NCBI RefSeq assembly: GCF_009914755.1
Contig: NC_060947.1
DNA length: 64,000 bases
Direction: 5' to 3' (one strand)
Origin: the human T2T-CHM13v2.0 reference genome, Homo sapiens
Shown here: positions 27,381 through 42,477 of the stretch, in pieces
Layout of the letters: the number at the start of each line of letters is the position of its first letter
Position numbering within the stretch: position 1 is the stretch's first letter
Notes under the pieces: model-generated
Seen by the model: the letters and a program-made list of their open reading frames with translations, nothing else
What the model was told of the DNA's origin: nothing
Database searches by the model: none
Made by a program: the position numbers and the translations under genes

Positions 27381-29252
27381 TTTAACTAAACCTTCAACAT
27401 AAAACAATTTTAAAGTGAATAATAAATTCAAACTATTATTCAGTTTCCATATAAGGAAATCAATATTGCACATGTAAATGTATACTTTTTGTAGATTACA
27501 TTTAAAATAAGAGCTACATATATTAAGACCATATTTTTAAAATAAATCAAATTTATTTGAAAGCATCAATTAATTTTTCCCATTGATAAACATTGAATAA
27601 TATAATTTCTAACTCTTAAGTTTAAAACATTATCTTTACAGATAATGGCATTTTAAAAAAATGAAATGATTTTTAGTAATCCAATTTTTCTTGATGTTGT
27701 CAATCAGGTCTTGAAGAAGACAGTCTATGCATGTTGACAATCACTTGTATGAAAGGTCTGATGATTGAAATGATTTGTATAAGTCCTAATAAATTCTGAA
27801 AAATCTAGTGAATTTTAGTTTCTTTTCTTTGACTTGTACTTTCACATTTATTTTGTTTCTGTGTCCTATATTTTATGATTTATTGATGGAAATCACTGCT
27901 TTGCTTTGCAAACTTAGTTTTCTTCAAGTTTATACCACATATAGTCAAGACGTTTTTACCATATATATATATAAATAAAATAAGGAGAGTTTTCAACGAT
28001 CACATTTTCCTCAAAAACAATACTAATACGTATTGTGTTGTGAACAATCAAAGGCAGCCAGAATGCCTATTAAAATTTGATCAAGTCGCAGGTCTTTCAG
28101 ACAGTTCTTTGTGTATAACTGTATCTGAAAAAGCATTTGTAAGTTCTGCAGGCTTGTTTTTGTTTTCTTGTTTATATCAGCTACTTCATGCAATATTCAA
28201 GTCTCCCAATTTCTCTTTTTAAGGTAGTCTAGCAACCAGGCTTATATCTACAAACAGCTTTACATTTTCTGCCAGCATATTTTCTGAATTATAAATCACC
28301 ATTAACAAATCTGGCTTTTAGATTCTCTGAGATATTATAAGCCCCACTGCATATTCTGGTTGTTTGTTTCCTCCACATGCAGGCCACATCCTAAGAGATA
28401 CTGGAAGAAAAGTTATGTTATCCCTCTCTATTCTCATTCCACACACACTTTAGCTTAACAAGCACAACATGTTTAAGAAAGAAAATATAAAATTGCCTTC
28501 ATCTGTTCCCAAGCTATTTGTGAACAATCTAGAAGATATTTAAATATAAAGCAGTATTGAAAGAACTGTTTTTCTTAAAAAAGAGTAACACACATCAGCT
28601 TCAGAAAATGTGTTTTTCCATAGCATAATGTGAGAAATAGGCAAATTTGAGGATAGTAAAAAAGAAAAACACTTTCTTCCTTATTCTGAGTATGTCTTTT
28701 ATGCCAAAGGGAATCTTCGTTATCTAGGGGACTATTGATGGATTCACTTAAAGGACAACCCTTCATCGGCTAACTTAATTCAACAAATGCTCTCCAAGTT
28801 AAGATGTGGAATTACATCGTGTCGCTCCAAAACATTTATTTACTTTTGATAAAAGCAGATCTAGTCATCACTGTCTTCTAATTTTTGACTATGAAATTGT
28901 AAAATTCTCCATAAGTGCAATCCTTCATTTTACTATATTTCTTCTTGCATATTTTTATATAATCAAGATTATTGTGAGGATGAATCCTCCTCATGACTAA
29001 TGGTGGAGACTTAAAGGGGAAAAAAAATTAAAACTTGGCTGGTAGATTCAAGTGTTCATGTAAGTGACCAGATGAGGAAGTTTTGGGGTCATGTTGTCTG
29101 AGTTCTGCATCTGTGAGAGATGGTAAGGCCAATTATAGCAGATCCCAGATGCTATAGGCTCTATGTAGTTGCAAACGTTGCTTGCAGTACAAAAGTACCT
29201 CAAACCTTCTTTGGGACGAGGGTGAAAGATACTTCCTTAAGCTTCTTCCCTT

Positions 29253-29517
29253 TTTAAACCAAAAAATATCTGAGTCATGTCTCAATCAGTTTACAAGTTT
29301 ATTTTGCCAAGGTTGAGGACCATTTTCCATGACACAGCCTCAAGAGGTCCTGAGAACATGTGCCCAAGGTGGCTGGGTTACAGCTTGCTTTTGTATATTT
29401 TAGGAAGACAGAAGTTACAGGCAAAGACATAAATCAATACATGGAAGGTGTACATTGGTTCAGCCTGGAAAGGTAGCATATCTCAAATTCAGGGCTTCCA
29501 GGTCACAGGTGGATTCT
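29253..29517 (-). mobile_element. MER4-family LTR, partial
   Basis: aaaccaaaaaatatctgag...tctcaatcagttta...tttattttgccaaggttgagga...gacacagcctca...ggtcctgagaacatgtgcccaaggtgg. Confidence 0.85.
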
Positions 29518-29788
29518 CATTCTGTCTCCCAGGCTGGAGTGCGGTGGCACAATCTCAGTTCACTGCCACCTCTGCCTCCTGGGCTCAAGAATCCTCCCAC
29601 CTCAACCTCCTAAGTAGCTGGGACTAAAGGTGTGCCATCATGCCAGGCTAATTTTTGAATTTTTTTGTGGAGATGGGGTTTCATCATATTGCCCAGACTG
29701 TTCTCAAACTCCTGGGCTCAAATAATCCTCCACGGGCATCAGCCTTCCAAAGCTTTAAGATTACAGGTGGGAGCCAATGTACCCAGCC
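29516..29788 (-). mobile_element. AluJb-like SINE lacking its 3' end and tail
   Basis: Antisense Alu from ctcattctgtctcccaggctgg to cccagcc; no poly(T) tract. Confidence 0.9.
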
Positions 29789-29799
29789 ATACATTATAA

Positions 29800-31410
<1,611 letters not shown>

Positions 31411-32243
31411 AAGATAATGACATATTTATTTTGTAATTTCTCTTTTAATATAACACTAAAAATGATGTGAATCTCTCTCTCAATTGATAATGACCCATTT
31501 CTCCACATCTCACTATGATATGGCTTTCCTTGATCACATGACATTCATTGATTTCGTCATTAGTCTAATAAGTGAGAACTGCAAGAAGATAGATTTTAAC
31601 TAAATATATTTTATACCTACAAAAGATTCTATACTCTCAAAATATAAAATGAACTGCCTTGGAAGGTATTATGTTTATTCATACCTGTATTATTCAAAAA
31701 CATTTACTGAGTGTGTATTATGAGGATGACACAGTGTTTAAGCAGAAATTAACCTTAAAATGTGAAAATATACATAGGATACATTTGATTATCAACAATA
31801 TAATCTAACAAGGCACTCTATTATCTATAACCAATCCTGAAAATTTGTAAATGAAAGAAAAATCAAGTTAAAACTCCACAGTTCTCCAAGATTTTTCATT
31901 CATTATAAGTAATCTTGGCCAAACATTGAGGTGCTAGTCCTTTACAACACTTATAAAAATCAGCCTCATTCATGGATTTTGTGAAGTTTGTTGAAATACT
32001 GTAATAGTGAGAGATTGGTTTACATCTAGGGTGATATTTGCTGGGTCTGGAAAGTTAAAGTGAGAATGATCTGATTGGTTAATTTCTATGACATGGATCT
32101 GAACTAAAATAAGATGCATACTTAATGATAGAAACTTATGATATAATGCCCTTATCTAAACATTATGTGCCAAGTGCCTTTAACATTCTGTGATATTTTA
32201 ATTTTGTATAATTTGTATGAAAAATATGTTGGACATAAGAATG

Positions 32244-32244
<1 letters not shown>

Positions 32245-32292
<48 letters not shown>
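32245..32292. repeat. (TA)24 microsatellite
   Basis: Perfect TA run seen directly. Confidence 0.96.
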
Positions 32293-32295
<3 letters not shown>

Positions 32296-32619
32296 TTAAA
32301 TACACACACACACATATATGTATATGTTTGCTTATGTTATTTGTTAATGAGTACTTTTACCTACACATAATAGAGAATGCACTACCTCAGTGTTTTCTAT
32401 GTTTTATAAATCATATTCAATTATAAGAAGAATGGTTTTAGTAAAAAAATCAACATAACGATTTAGGTTCTATGATTAAAATGTGATCAAGTTAGCAATT
32501 AGTCCTTAAACATAAGCTAACATACACAAAAATAAAACAAATAATAGACTTTAGAATATTTTTGTTACAATGTTCTTAACATGCTTAGTATAAACATTTT
32601 AAAAAATGAAGAATATGAT

Positions 32620-33125
32620 GTAAAATGTAAATATATATTTCCCTTATTCTAAATTGCACTTCCTAGATAAAACCACTACTAGCAATATTGTTGTATATTA
32701 TTATGGACTCTTTTAATATATAAAGTCATATTTGTTTTAAAGAAAAATAATTCAGTTTATAGTTTTTTATTAGTTATTAATTCAGTAATATTTATCTAGT
32801 CTGTTTTAATATCAATTTATTTTAATTGTGGCATGGTATTTTTTTTCTTTTTACTTCTAATTTTTTCCCTTTTAGAGCAATGTTTAGTAAATATAACTGC
32901 ATATTTACCTTTGCATATTTATGCATTTCTGTAGAAATGCTACAGCAAAGTATAAATGTTTTAAACATTTTGATACATAGTGCCAAGTTTTACTTCCAAA
33001 TATTCTATTAAATTACTTCCCCACAAAGTGTGCATGCTAAATACATTAACTCACAGAATTTTAGAAACATAAGCTATTATCAGTTCATTTAAAATCTCCT
33101 AACTTATAGATGAAATGATATCTTA
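32620..33125 (-). mobile_element. Very old L1ME-like fragment (continues at about 35600-36330)
   Basis: aaacattttgatacatagtgccaag...tacttccccacaaagtgtgcatg; resumes with tgtatttcttctgtgaattgcatgtttatatc after the L1PB. Confidence 0.5.
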
Positions 33126-33218
33126 GATGAGATTGGGTGCATTTGATTTGGGGTGGTAAGGCCATAGACCAAACTTGTTATTTCATTGTAATTTTGTGTG
33201 CGTGTGTGTATGTGTTCG

Positions 33219-35590
33219 TTTTTATTTATTTTTTTATTTCAATAGTTTTTGGGGCACAGATGTTGTTTGCTTACATAGATAAGTTCCTTAGTGGTGATTT
33301 CTGAGAGTTTGATGCACCCATCATCTAAGCAGTGTACACTGTACCTAATATGTAGTCTTTTATCCCTCGCCTGCTCCTACCCTTGCCCCCAAGTACCAAA
33401 AGTTCATAATATCATTCTAATGCCCTTGCATCCTCATAGCTTAGCTCCCACTTGTGACTGAAATCATAGGATATTTGTTTTTCCATTCCTGAGTTACTAC
33501 ACTTAGAATAGTGGTCTCCAACTCCATCCAGGTTGCTGTGAATGCCATTATTTCATTTATTTTTATGGCAAAGTAGTATTCCATGGTGCATATGTATACC
33601 ACATTTCCTTTATCCACTTGCTAGTTGATGGGCATTTAGGCTGGTTCCATATTTTTGCAATTGCAAATTGTGCTGCTATAAACATGTGGATACAAGTGTC
33701 TTTTTCATATAATCACTTTTTTTCTTCTGGGTAGATACACAGTAGTGGGGTTGCTGGATCAAATGGCAGTTCTACTTTTAGTTCTTTAAGGAATCCCCAT
33801 TTCTGTAGTGGCTGTACTAGTTTACATTCCCACCAGTATTGTAAAAGTATTCCCTTTTAATCACATCCATGCCAACAGCTATTATTTTTTTATTTTTAAA
33901 TTATGGCCATTATTGCAGGTGTAAGGTGATATCTTATGGTGCTTTTGATTTGCATTTACTGATCATTAGTGATGTTCAGCAATTTTTATATGTTTGTTGG
34001 CCATTTGTATGTCTTCTTTTGAGAAATCCCTATTCATGCTCTTTGCCCAATTTTGAAGGGGTTATTTGGTTTTTTCTTGCTGATTTGTTTGAGTTCCTTT
34101 TAGATTCTGGATATTAGTACTTCGTTGCATAATTTGTGAATATACTCCCCCCCTCTGTGGGATGTTTGTATACTCTGCCGATCATTTATTTTGCTGTACA
34201 TAAGCTTTTTAGTTTAATCAATTCTCATCTATTTATCTTTGCTTTTGTTGCATTTGCTTTTGGGTTCTTCGTCATAAATTCTTTTCATAAGCCAACGTCT
34301 AGAAGAGTTTTTCTGATGTTGTCTTCTAGAACTTTTATGGCTTCAGGTCTTAGATTTAAGTCTTTTATCCATCTCTAGTTGATTTTTGCATAAGGTGAGA
34401 GAGGAGGATCCAGTTTCATTCTTCTACATGTGGTTTGACAATCATCCCAGCACCATTTGTTGAATAGGGTGCCCTTTCCCCACTTTATGTTTTTGTTTGC
34501 TTTGTCAAAGATCAGTTGGCTATTAGTATTTGGCTTTATTTCTGGGTTCCCTATTCTGTTTTAATTGTCTATGTGCCTGTTTTTATACCAGTACCTTGCT
34601 GTTTTGGTAACTATAGCCTTATAGTATAGTTTGAAGTCACATAATGTCATGCCTCCAGATTTGTTCTTTTTACTTAGTCTTGCTGTTGTCATACAGGCTT
34701 TTTTTGTTCCATATTAACTTTAGGATTTTTTTTTTTAGTTCTGTGAAGAATGCTGGTGGTATTTTGATGGGAACTGCATTGAATTTGGGGATTACTTTCG
34801 GCAGTATGTTTATTTTCACAATATTGATTGTACCCATCCATGAGTGTGGGATGTGTTTCTATTTGTTTGTGTTGTCTATGATTTCTTTCAGCAGTGCTTT
34901 GTAGTTTTCCTCGTAGAGGTCTTTCCTGCCTGGGTTAAGTATATTTCTAAGTATTTATTTATTTTTTTTAGCTGTCATAAAAGTGATTGAGTTCTTGATT
35001 TGATTCTCAGCGTGGTCACTGTTGGTGTATAGCAGTGCTACTGATTTGTGTACATTTATATTGTATCCTTGGCCCAGGCTACATACTTCCCTGCTGATAA
35101 AGCAAGCAAGTTTCTAGGCCTCACCCCTTCCAGCCTGCCCACATTTTCAGCCACAGCTCCTGCACTCCTTTCGGTAGCAGTTCTTGTTCACCCCTTGGAT
35201 TCTGCTCAAAAGAGTTTGCACCTTGTTGAATTTATTACAAAATTTAGTTGGAAACTTCTTTCACCCTGTAACCATTTCCAAATTCCATCGGCTGCCTTCC
35301 CCAAAGATACTCGTGAGATATAGTCAGAGATGGCTTCCCTGGGCTCAAGCTGGAAATGGGAGTGCCTACAGGGCTCTTCTTGCTGTTGCTTCTACTTTCA
35401 TATTTCACACTAAATCCATTTCAGCTTTAGGTAAGGTTAAATCCTCCTGTAATCTGGATTTTCAGGTTCCCGGTGGGGATGTGTTTTGGAGGTAGGTTTT
35501 CCCCCTTTTACAGTTTGGGAACTCAAAGTTTTTTGCCTGTCTCACAGAATTTTCAGCAGTGTGCCACTTCTTTCAAAGGATCTGTGAATG
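33219..35590 (-). mobile_element. L1PB1-like element with 5'UTR fused directly to the distal half of ORF2
   Basis: L1PB 3'UTR (agtggtgatttctgaga...tgcacccatca) and ORF2 up to about 35068, then 5'UTR sequence collinear with 49370-49910 of the sister element. Confidence 0.93.
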
Positions 35591-35703
35591 CATTGTATGT
35601 TTTTAAGCATTCAATATATTATGAATATTTTATATTAATTGAGTAGCTGTATTTCTTCTGTGAATTGCATGTTTATATCTTTTTCCCATTTCCAGATTTT
35701 TGG

Positions 35704-36021
35704 TTTTTATTTTTTTCTCTTTTTTTTGAGACAGGGTCTTGCTCTGTCACCTAGGCTGGAGTGGAGTGGTGAGGTCGTGCTCATAGCTCACTGCAGCCTC
35801 AACCTCCTTAGCTGAAGCAATCCTCTCACCTCGGCTTCCCAAGCAGCTGGGACTACAGGCAAGTGCCACTTCACCTGGATAATTTTATTTATTTATTTAT
35901 TGTTGAGACAGGGTCTCACTAAGTTGCCCAGGCTGGTCTTGAACTTCTGGGCTCAAGCAATCCTCCCGCCTTCGGCCTCCCAAAGTGTTAGAATTACAGG
36001 CATGAGCCACGACACCTGGCC
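35704..36021 (-). mobile_element. AluJ SINE
   Basis: gagacagggtcttgctctgtcacc...catagctcactgcagcctcaacctcc...gggctcaagcaatcctcccgcc. Confidence 0.93.
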
Positions 36022-36339
36022 TATTATTAATTTTTATAGATTTATGTAAGCAAGGATGTTACCCATTTCTCTATTATTTACATGATATTATCTATTTTTG
36101 AATTTATGTTTTTATTTTTTGTCTACTTTCCGTACATTTTAAGCTTTAATAATCATCCAATCTATCAATTTTTTAAAAATAATTTCTGAGTGCTATATCA
36201 TGGTGAGAAAGGTATTCTCCAATCTATCATTATTGGAAAAAAATTGACCATATTTTCTGCAATTGCTTTTATGACATCAGTTTTATATTTATATGTTTAA
36301 TCTATATCAATTAAATTTTGTTTAATTGTGGTGAGTAAG

Positions 36340-36811
36340 TATAGTGGGCAGTATGGCTCCTCCTAAGATGCCCATGCCACAATCCCTGGAACCTATTATT
36401 ATGTTAGGTTATATGGCAGAAAGGATTTTGCAGATGTAATTAACGTTACAAACCTTAGGATAGGAAAAGTGTCTGGATCATTAGATAGGGCCAATCTACC
36501 ATCCAGGAGGTAGGGATGGCCCCCATCAGGCAGCCAGCAAGAAAATTCTACCTCAGTCCTAAAGGGGCAAGAAACTATATTCTGCCACTTATCTGAATGT
36601 GCTTGGAAGCAAATAATTCCCAGGGACTCCCATTAAGATCCCAGCAGGCTAACACCTTGATTTCTCTGTTGTAAGACCCAAAGCTGTTAACCTAGCTGAG
36701 CCTGCCAGATTTCTGATCTAAAGAAATAAAGAAATGTGAGATAAAACATAGATGTTGTTTTGAGCTACTAAATTTGTAGTGATTTCTTATGGCAACAATG
36801 AAAATTAAGAT
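36340..36811 (+). mobile_element. MaLR LTR (MLT1D-like)
   Basis: aatccctggaacct...tatggcagaaaggattttgcagatgtaattaa...ctaaatttgtagtgattt...gcaacaatgaaaa. Confidence 0.85.
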
Positions 36812-39800
36812 GATATGTTTAATTTTTTTCTTATCCATATAGAGAAAAAAAAATCCCAAAACTGCATTAATTAGGGTTTCCCTGTTTTATTTTAAATGTG
36901 ATGTATTACACTTTTTGATGGAAAAGAAAACTTCAGCCAAAGCCATCTTGAAGTAAGATGTGAAGTTAAGTTCTGAGCCCACATACTGAATATAATTATG
37001 AAATGATAGTAAAGGAATTGTGACTGGAAAGTAATGTCTATATAATATTCATACATCTTTTTGTTCTTTTGTCATCAGTGCATATAAAATCCTTCACACC
37101 TGATCCCGCAGATGCTTAATAGGCAAGCAACTCTCCCCAACTGAAGCGATGCTGTACAAAACAGAAGGGCTAACACAAATCAGGGTTTGAAGTGTATTGA
37201 AGTAAAATCTATTCTCCAATTAACAAGCAATGTTGCGTTTAAATACATAAATGAATTATAAAATTGGGGAAAATTATTTTGACAAACATTCTGAGAAGGA
37301 TGTATTTGTAGACACTTGGGAAATCATCATGCCATTTTTAGGATGAAGAAAATGACTGATTTATGTGGATTGTATAACCATTATTTTTTGTATAAAACAA
37401 AATAATCTAGAAATAATTTTTGCTCAAATAGAAACAATAATGATGTCACTAATAAAATGTTCGTAAGTTGTGTCTTAGAAACCAAATATTTCAATCTTTG
37501 ATACATATTAAGCAAATGATTTCTTTAAACCATAGAGTCATTGAAAATTTAATGAGTGTCATGAAATTCCAACCTTACACATGTCAAATAGTTTTGTGGA
37601 ATAAGAAGTAGAAATGAGTAATTAAATACATGCATATAAACTAGGTCACCCTCTCATAAGACCTGATCTTTATAGGCTGACAATTGTATATAAGAATATG
37701 AATATACTGGTAGAATTCTGATTCAAGTTTTAATTAATTTCTGTGTATCTCATACACTCTTTCCAATTTAAAGCATTCATGTCCTATTAATTCAGGTACA
37801 TTGCCTCTTCAGAGTGCTCAAATAGACTTTGCTGAATAAATACTTATTATAAAGAAAAGCTTTTCAACCCACCCACTTATTGTCATAAAGGCAGAAATAG
37901 TTATTTAACTGGATTTGCCTTTTTTAACCAATTATGTTTTGTAAAAGTTATGAACATATACCGTAATTTTACTTTTATTATTTGTTTGCCAATGCCATTG
38001 TAGTTGAACATCTTTCTTGTCTCCTTCAAAAGTGAGATGTGAAATTTCTCTCAACTTGAGATTAAAGGCATCAAACTAACCTGATGTTTAAAGATTTCTT
38101 TCATTTGGATTTGAACAAAGTCTGTTCTATTCCTTAAAAAAGAATTCTCAATGATGCCAAACCTTTTTCTGTATTCAAACTTGTGCTGAGGATGACATTG
38201 GTTCTGTGAAATAAATTCCCAGCTTTCATATATGACAGCTAGTTTAACGCAGAGCAAAACAACTACCATCATTCACATTTTGTTCCTAAGTGTAGTGGTA
38301 AAAATGTTCAGTGACAAAACCATATTAGAGAAATATACAATTTTATTGATGGATATTACAGAGGATATTAAAGAAATATATGCATCTATTTCTCACCTAA
38401 AATTAGACCTTTTTTTAAAAACTTACTTTGTTTCATTTTACCTAATTCTCATATACTCTTATTAATAACTCAGACACTTTTCATGCATAAAAAAATCCAT
38501 TTAATTTCTAAATGAAGGGAAGAACAGTTAAAAGAGTAGTCAAACATGGCAGGATATTGTTAAAAAGCTATCATATTTTCAGATACATCTGCCACTGTCG
38601 AGGGAGCAATGTCCTGCAAGATAAGCAAATTACTAAAGGTATGTGATAACCAGCAAAAAGAGACATTTAAAATGAAATTTTTAATTAGTTTTATAGACAG
38701 AGCTAAGTCACTTTCTCTCATATGAAGTAGATTTTAAAACATAATTATCCATGAAAATATGATTATTTAAAAATATTTTATGCACTTTCTTAATCATCTC
38801 CAAATATTTTATTACTTTTCCATGAATATTCTATGAAGTACTAAAGAATATTGCAATGTAGAGATCTTTCAAAAGTCTGAGGCTCACAAATATATTGTAA
38901 TGCATAAGATTTAACTGAGAGAAAGCAGAAGCAAAATTATAATATTTGTATAGTTAACACAATATTTCAAAATATATTAATTATATTTTAAGTTATATAA
39001 ATGGAAAAAGGAATATTTTTGTATTTGAACATCTTAAGAGCTGCTTAAAATTATTCCCTCAAAAGCATAGATTTAAACATTTTATTCTGCCACTGATTAA
39101 TCTTTAATGATATCTCAGTTATGACCAACAGTAACAGAAGAGCTATTTTAACAGATTCTACAGTAAACTCGGCAATGCTTGTAGGCTGGAAGTATGCAGC
39201 TCAGCCTTCATGGCTTATAGACTATTGCATTGTGGCTACAGCAAAATTAGTATCTGCTTCCTAATGTGCCTACCTCTGTTGTTTAGACAACACTGATGAA
39301 TTTGCTTCATCTGCAGAGCCTAAAAAGATAATTAAGTCTTTTCTGTCCCTAGTGTCTCAGTGAAGTAATTCTGTCAGTATAGGATTATACTTCTTTTTAC
39401 TGTTACAGAATTGCATGTTTACACTTAATCTTAAATGACAGGCTGAGCAGAAAGTTAGAAAACAGAGGAAGGTTGGTGAGATTGTGTAGAATTGCTGGAA
39501 TTCATTAGACATCGAGGCTTCACAATTTATATTTTGCTGTAAATTACGAATTTGTACATTTGTCTCATCATGTTATAAGTCAAGATTGGACTCAAAACAG
39601 AATCACGGGAAAGAAAAATGTCTAAGTATCAAAAATATAACCTATCAGTGTTAGGGCATTATTACTAACTGCAGTGAAACATATGGTTTTTATAAGATAA
39701 CTGTGTTAAACATGCTATGTGCAACTTAAGTCTTTAACAAGGTCTCCTTATCTTTTACTCCACCTATCCTGTATTCTCTCTTGGAGCTCTGATGAATGAA

Positions 39801-40584
39801 AAAGAGATTTATTAATATATACATTAACATTAATGCACAGCTAACTCAGTCATTAGTGTCATAGCTCAGGTTTTTGAAGAATTCAAGTGTAGCATCTTAT
39901 GATGTTACCCAAATGAAGAGTAGAACAGAGCTATGCCAGCAGCAATTCTGATTATTTGGCTGTAAGAGTAGTTTTGTCACACATCTTTTGAAAGGTACTT
40001 AAAATGGTAAACCAACCTTTTCATCAATATCAAACTTTCATGGATAGCATATTGTTTTGTAAGTTACCTTTTCCTGGTTTGATAATTAGAAAATGCTATT
40101 GAAGGTATACTTTTCCTTAGAATAATCACATTTGGCATAGATTATCTTCCTGTCATTTCTTGAAAAGATTGACATGCCCTAATTTTACAAATAAAATTGT
40201 TTCATGTGTAATTCCAAAAGCTTTTACAATATAGCATAATTAAATAATAATTAGCTTATTGGTAATATGATCTTGATAAAAATATTTACATCAGTATAAA
40301 ATGTGTAGACCTTGCAATAGAACTAAGACTTAGAAAATGCGTTTTAAATTGGTGCTTATCTTTGTGCTTATTGAAACACTTATAAACTGATATGCAGTTA
40401 GCACCTGATAGTCTTCTACAGCAAATTTAAATTTCACATTTTCACAGATATAAACTGATTAGAAGGAATGTTAAGCTAGATCTGAATTTCTGTAAAGCAA
40501 GATAAGTATATATGGATATGTGTGTATAAATATTATATCTCTATAGGATTTATTATATTTGTAAATGTATCTCTTTGTCAATAA

Positions 40585-40880
40585 ATTGAGGATATTAAGT
40601 ACCTACTATATGCTAAGCACTGTTCTGATACAAAGGACATATTAGGATCAAAGATGCAAATTCCCCAGCCTCATGGAGCTTAAATTTTAGTGGCAATGTC
40701 AGAAAATAACCAAACAAATATATAGTATCATATCAGGTAGTGATAAGTCATATAAAACAATTAACTAAAAGGAATAAGTAAAGAATAAAAATGGCCATAT
40801 TGTAGATAGGAAGTCTGTAGAAGGCTTCTATGAAGACGTAATATTTGTATAGAGACTTCAGTAAAGTGAGGAAATTATAC
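40585..40880 (-). mobile_element. L2a 3' end
   Basis: tattaagtacctactatatgctaagcactgttct...ccagcctcatggagctta...gaaggcttctatgaaga. Confidence 0.8.
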
Positions 40881-41264
40881 ATAAGATAAAACAAATAAGA
40901 AACCAACCTACCACAGGGTTAGCCTGCACAATTCATGTTAATCTGCTTTGTCCATGATGGTTGATATGTATATAAGTGATGTCAAATATTTTATTCCTTT
41001 AGGAGGTTTAACTATTGTCTCTGCAATCTTGTTTGTGTATTCAAATTGTTGTAGGTTCTTTGTAATGATTAACAGAAGTCAAAAGAGAAGAAAAAGAAAA
41101 CAAAATACAACCTAACATGTAATTAAATACTGTTTTCATTTAAATGCTTTTTATTTATCCTATATCAGATTATGGAAGCTTAAAGGAACCTTCAGGAATT
41201 TAGAGATTATTCTCTAGTCCACTCCCCCTCCTTTCATAGATGGTAGCTCAGGTAAATATGCGTG

Positions 41265-41303
41265 GTGTGTGTGTGTGTGTGTATGTGTGTGTGTGTGTGT
41301 GTG
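41265..41303. repeat. (TG)n microsatellite
   Basis: Seen directly, one TA interruption. Confidence 0.93.
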
Positions 41304-41610
41304 CTTGCCCATGTTTGAAAAAGAATACTACTTATTCTGGTCAATCTTTCCTTTTGATACTGCACATCATGAAGTTTATCTTAGTTCGCAGAATTGCTCT
41401 GAAATATAATTCAGTTTCTGTTTGTGGTTCTACAACGTTCCCACACTAATTAAAGAATAATCTCTTTTAGCAAAAGCCCAAACCTCCTTACTGTGATGAG
41501 TGCTTATTGGAAGCAGCATGTTATCTTTCACTCGGATAAATTGAATCCTTTGTCTAAATGGTAGATATCCATGTTATAAGATCAGAAGTCGGCTTTCAAA
41601 GGGATTTTCA

Positions 41611-41716
41611 ATTTACTTTTAATTGTTGTGGGTACACATCAGGCATATATATTTATGGGGTACATGAGATGTTTTGATAGAAGCATGCAATGTGAAATAA
41701 GCATATCGTGGAGAAT
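41611..41716 (-). mobile_element. Short L1MA1/2-like 3' end
   Basis: gtgggtaca...tatatatttatggggtacatgagatgttttgata...gcatgcaatgtgaaataagca. Confidence 0.8.
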
Positions 41717-41832
41717 TTTGTTTCTTCTTATTTTCTTAGGAATATATTCTTCCTTGAGAGATGTCTCAGTTTTCCTAGTTATAAAGAGTTATTTTGTAAA
41801 AGGTTCCTATAGCATTGCCATGTGACCTCATA

Positions 41833-42477
41833 TGATAAGCAAAATTTCTAAAATGATCTCCCAGGGATATCTCACCTTAATCCTCAGAACCTGACACAAT
41901 GATGAGATGTGACTCTTTTGAAAATGTTATATTACATGGCATAGTGGATCCTAAAAAGAGAGCAGTTATCCTAAATAATTTGGTTTGCCCCATGCAATCA
42001 CATGAACCCTTAAAAGAAGACAGCTTTGTCAGGCTGGTGGCAGAAAAAAAGAAAACCAGAAAGATTTAAAGTTGTAATGAGATTCAGCACACCATTTCCG
42101 GTTTGAAGAAGGAGGTGGCCACATGAGAAGAAATGTGAGCAATCTTAAGAAGCTAAGAGAGCTCCCTGGCTGGCTGCCAGCAAGAAAAAAGGACGTCCGT
42201 CATATGACCACAAGACACTGAATTTTGCCAACAACTAGAATGAATTTGGAAGTGGTTTTCCCCCAGAGCCTCCATATAAGAGCCCTTATGTAATTTTACT
42301 TTGATTTCCACCCCTTGAAATGTACACCTTAATTTCAACCATGTAATACTTTCAGCACAGAAGTAAGCTGTGCTGTACTAGACTTAGGACCTAGAGAACT
42401 GTGAGCTAATAAATATGTATTGTTTTTAGCTACTAAATTTGTAGTAATTTGTTACACAGGAAATGAAAACAAATATA
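41833..42477 (+). mobile_element. MaLR LTR (MLT1E-like)
   Basis: ttctaaaatgatc...atgttatattacatggca...caatcacatgaacccttaaaag...gaactgtgagctaataaat...ctaaatttgtagtaatttgttacac. Confidence 0.85.
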
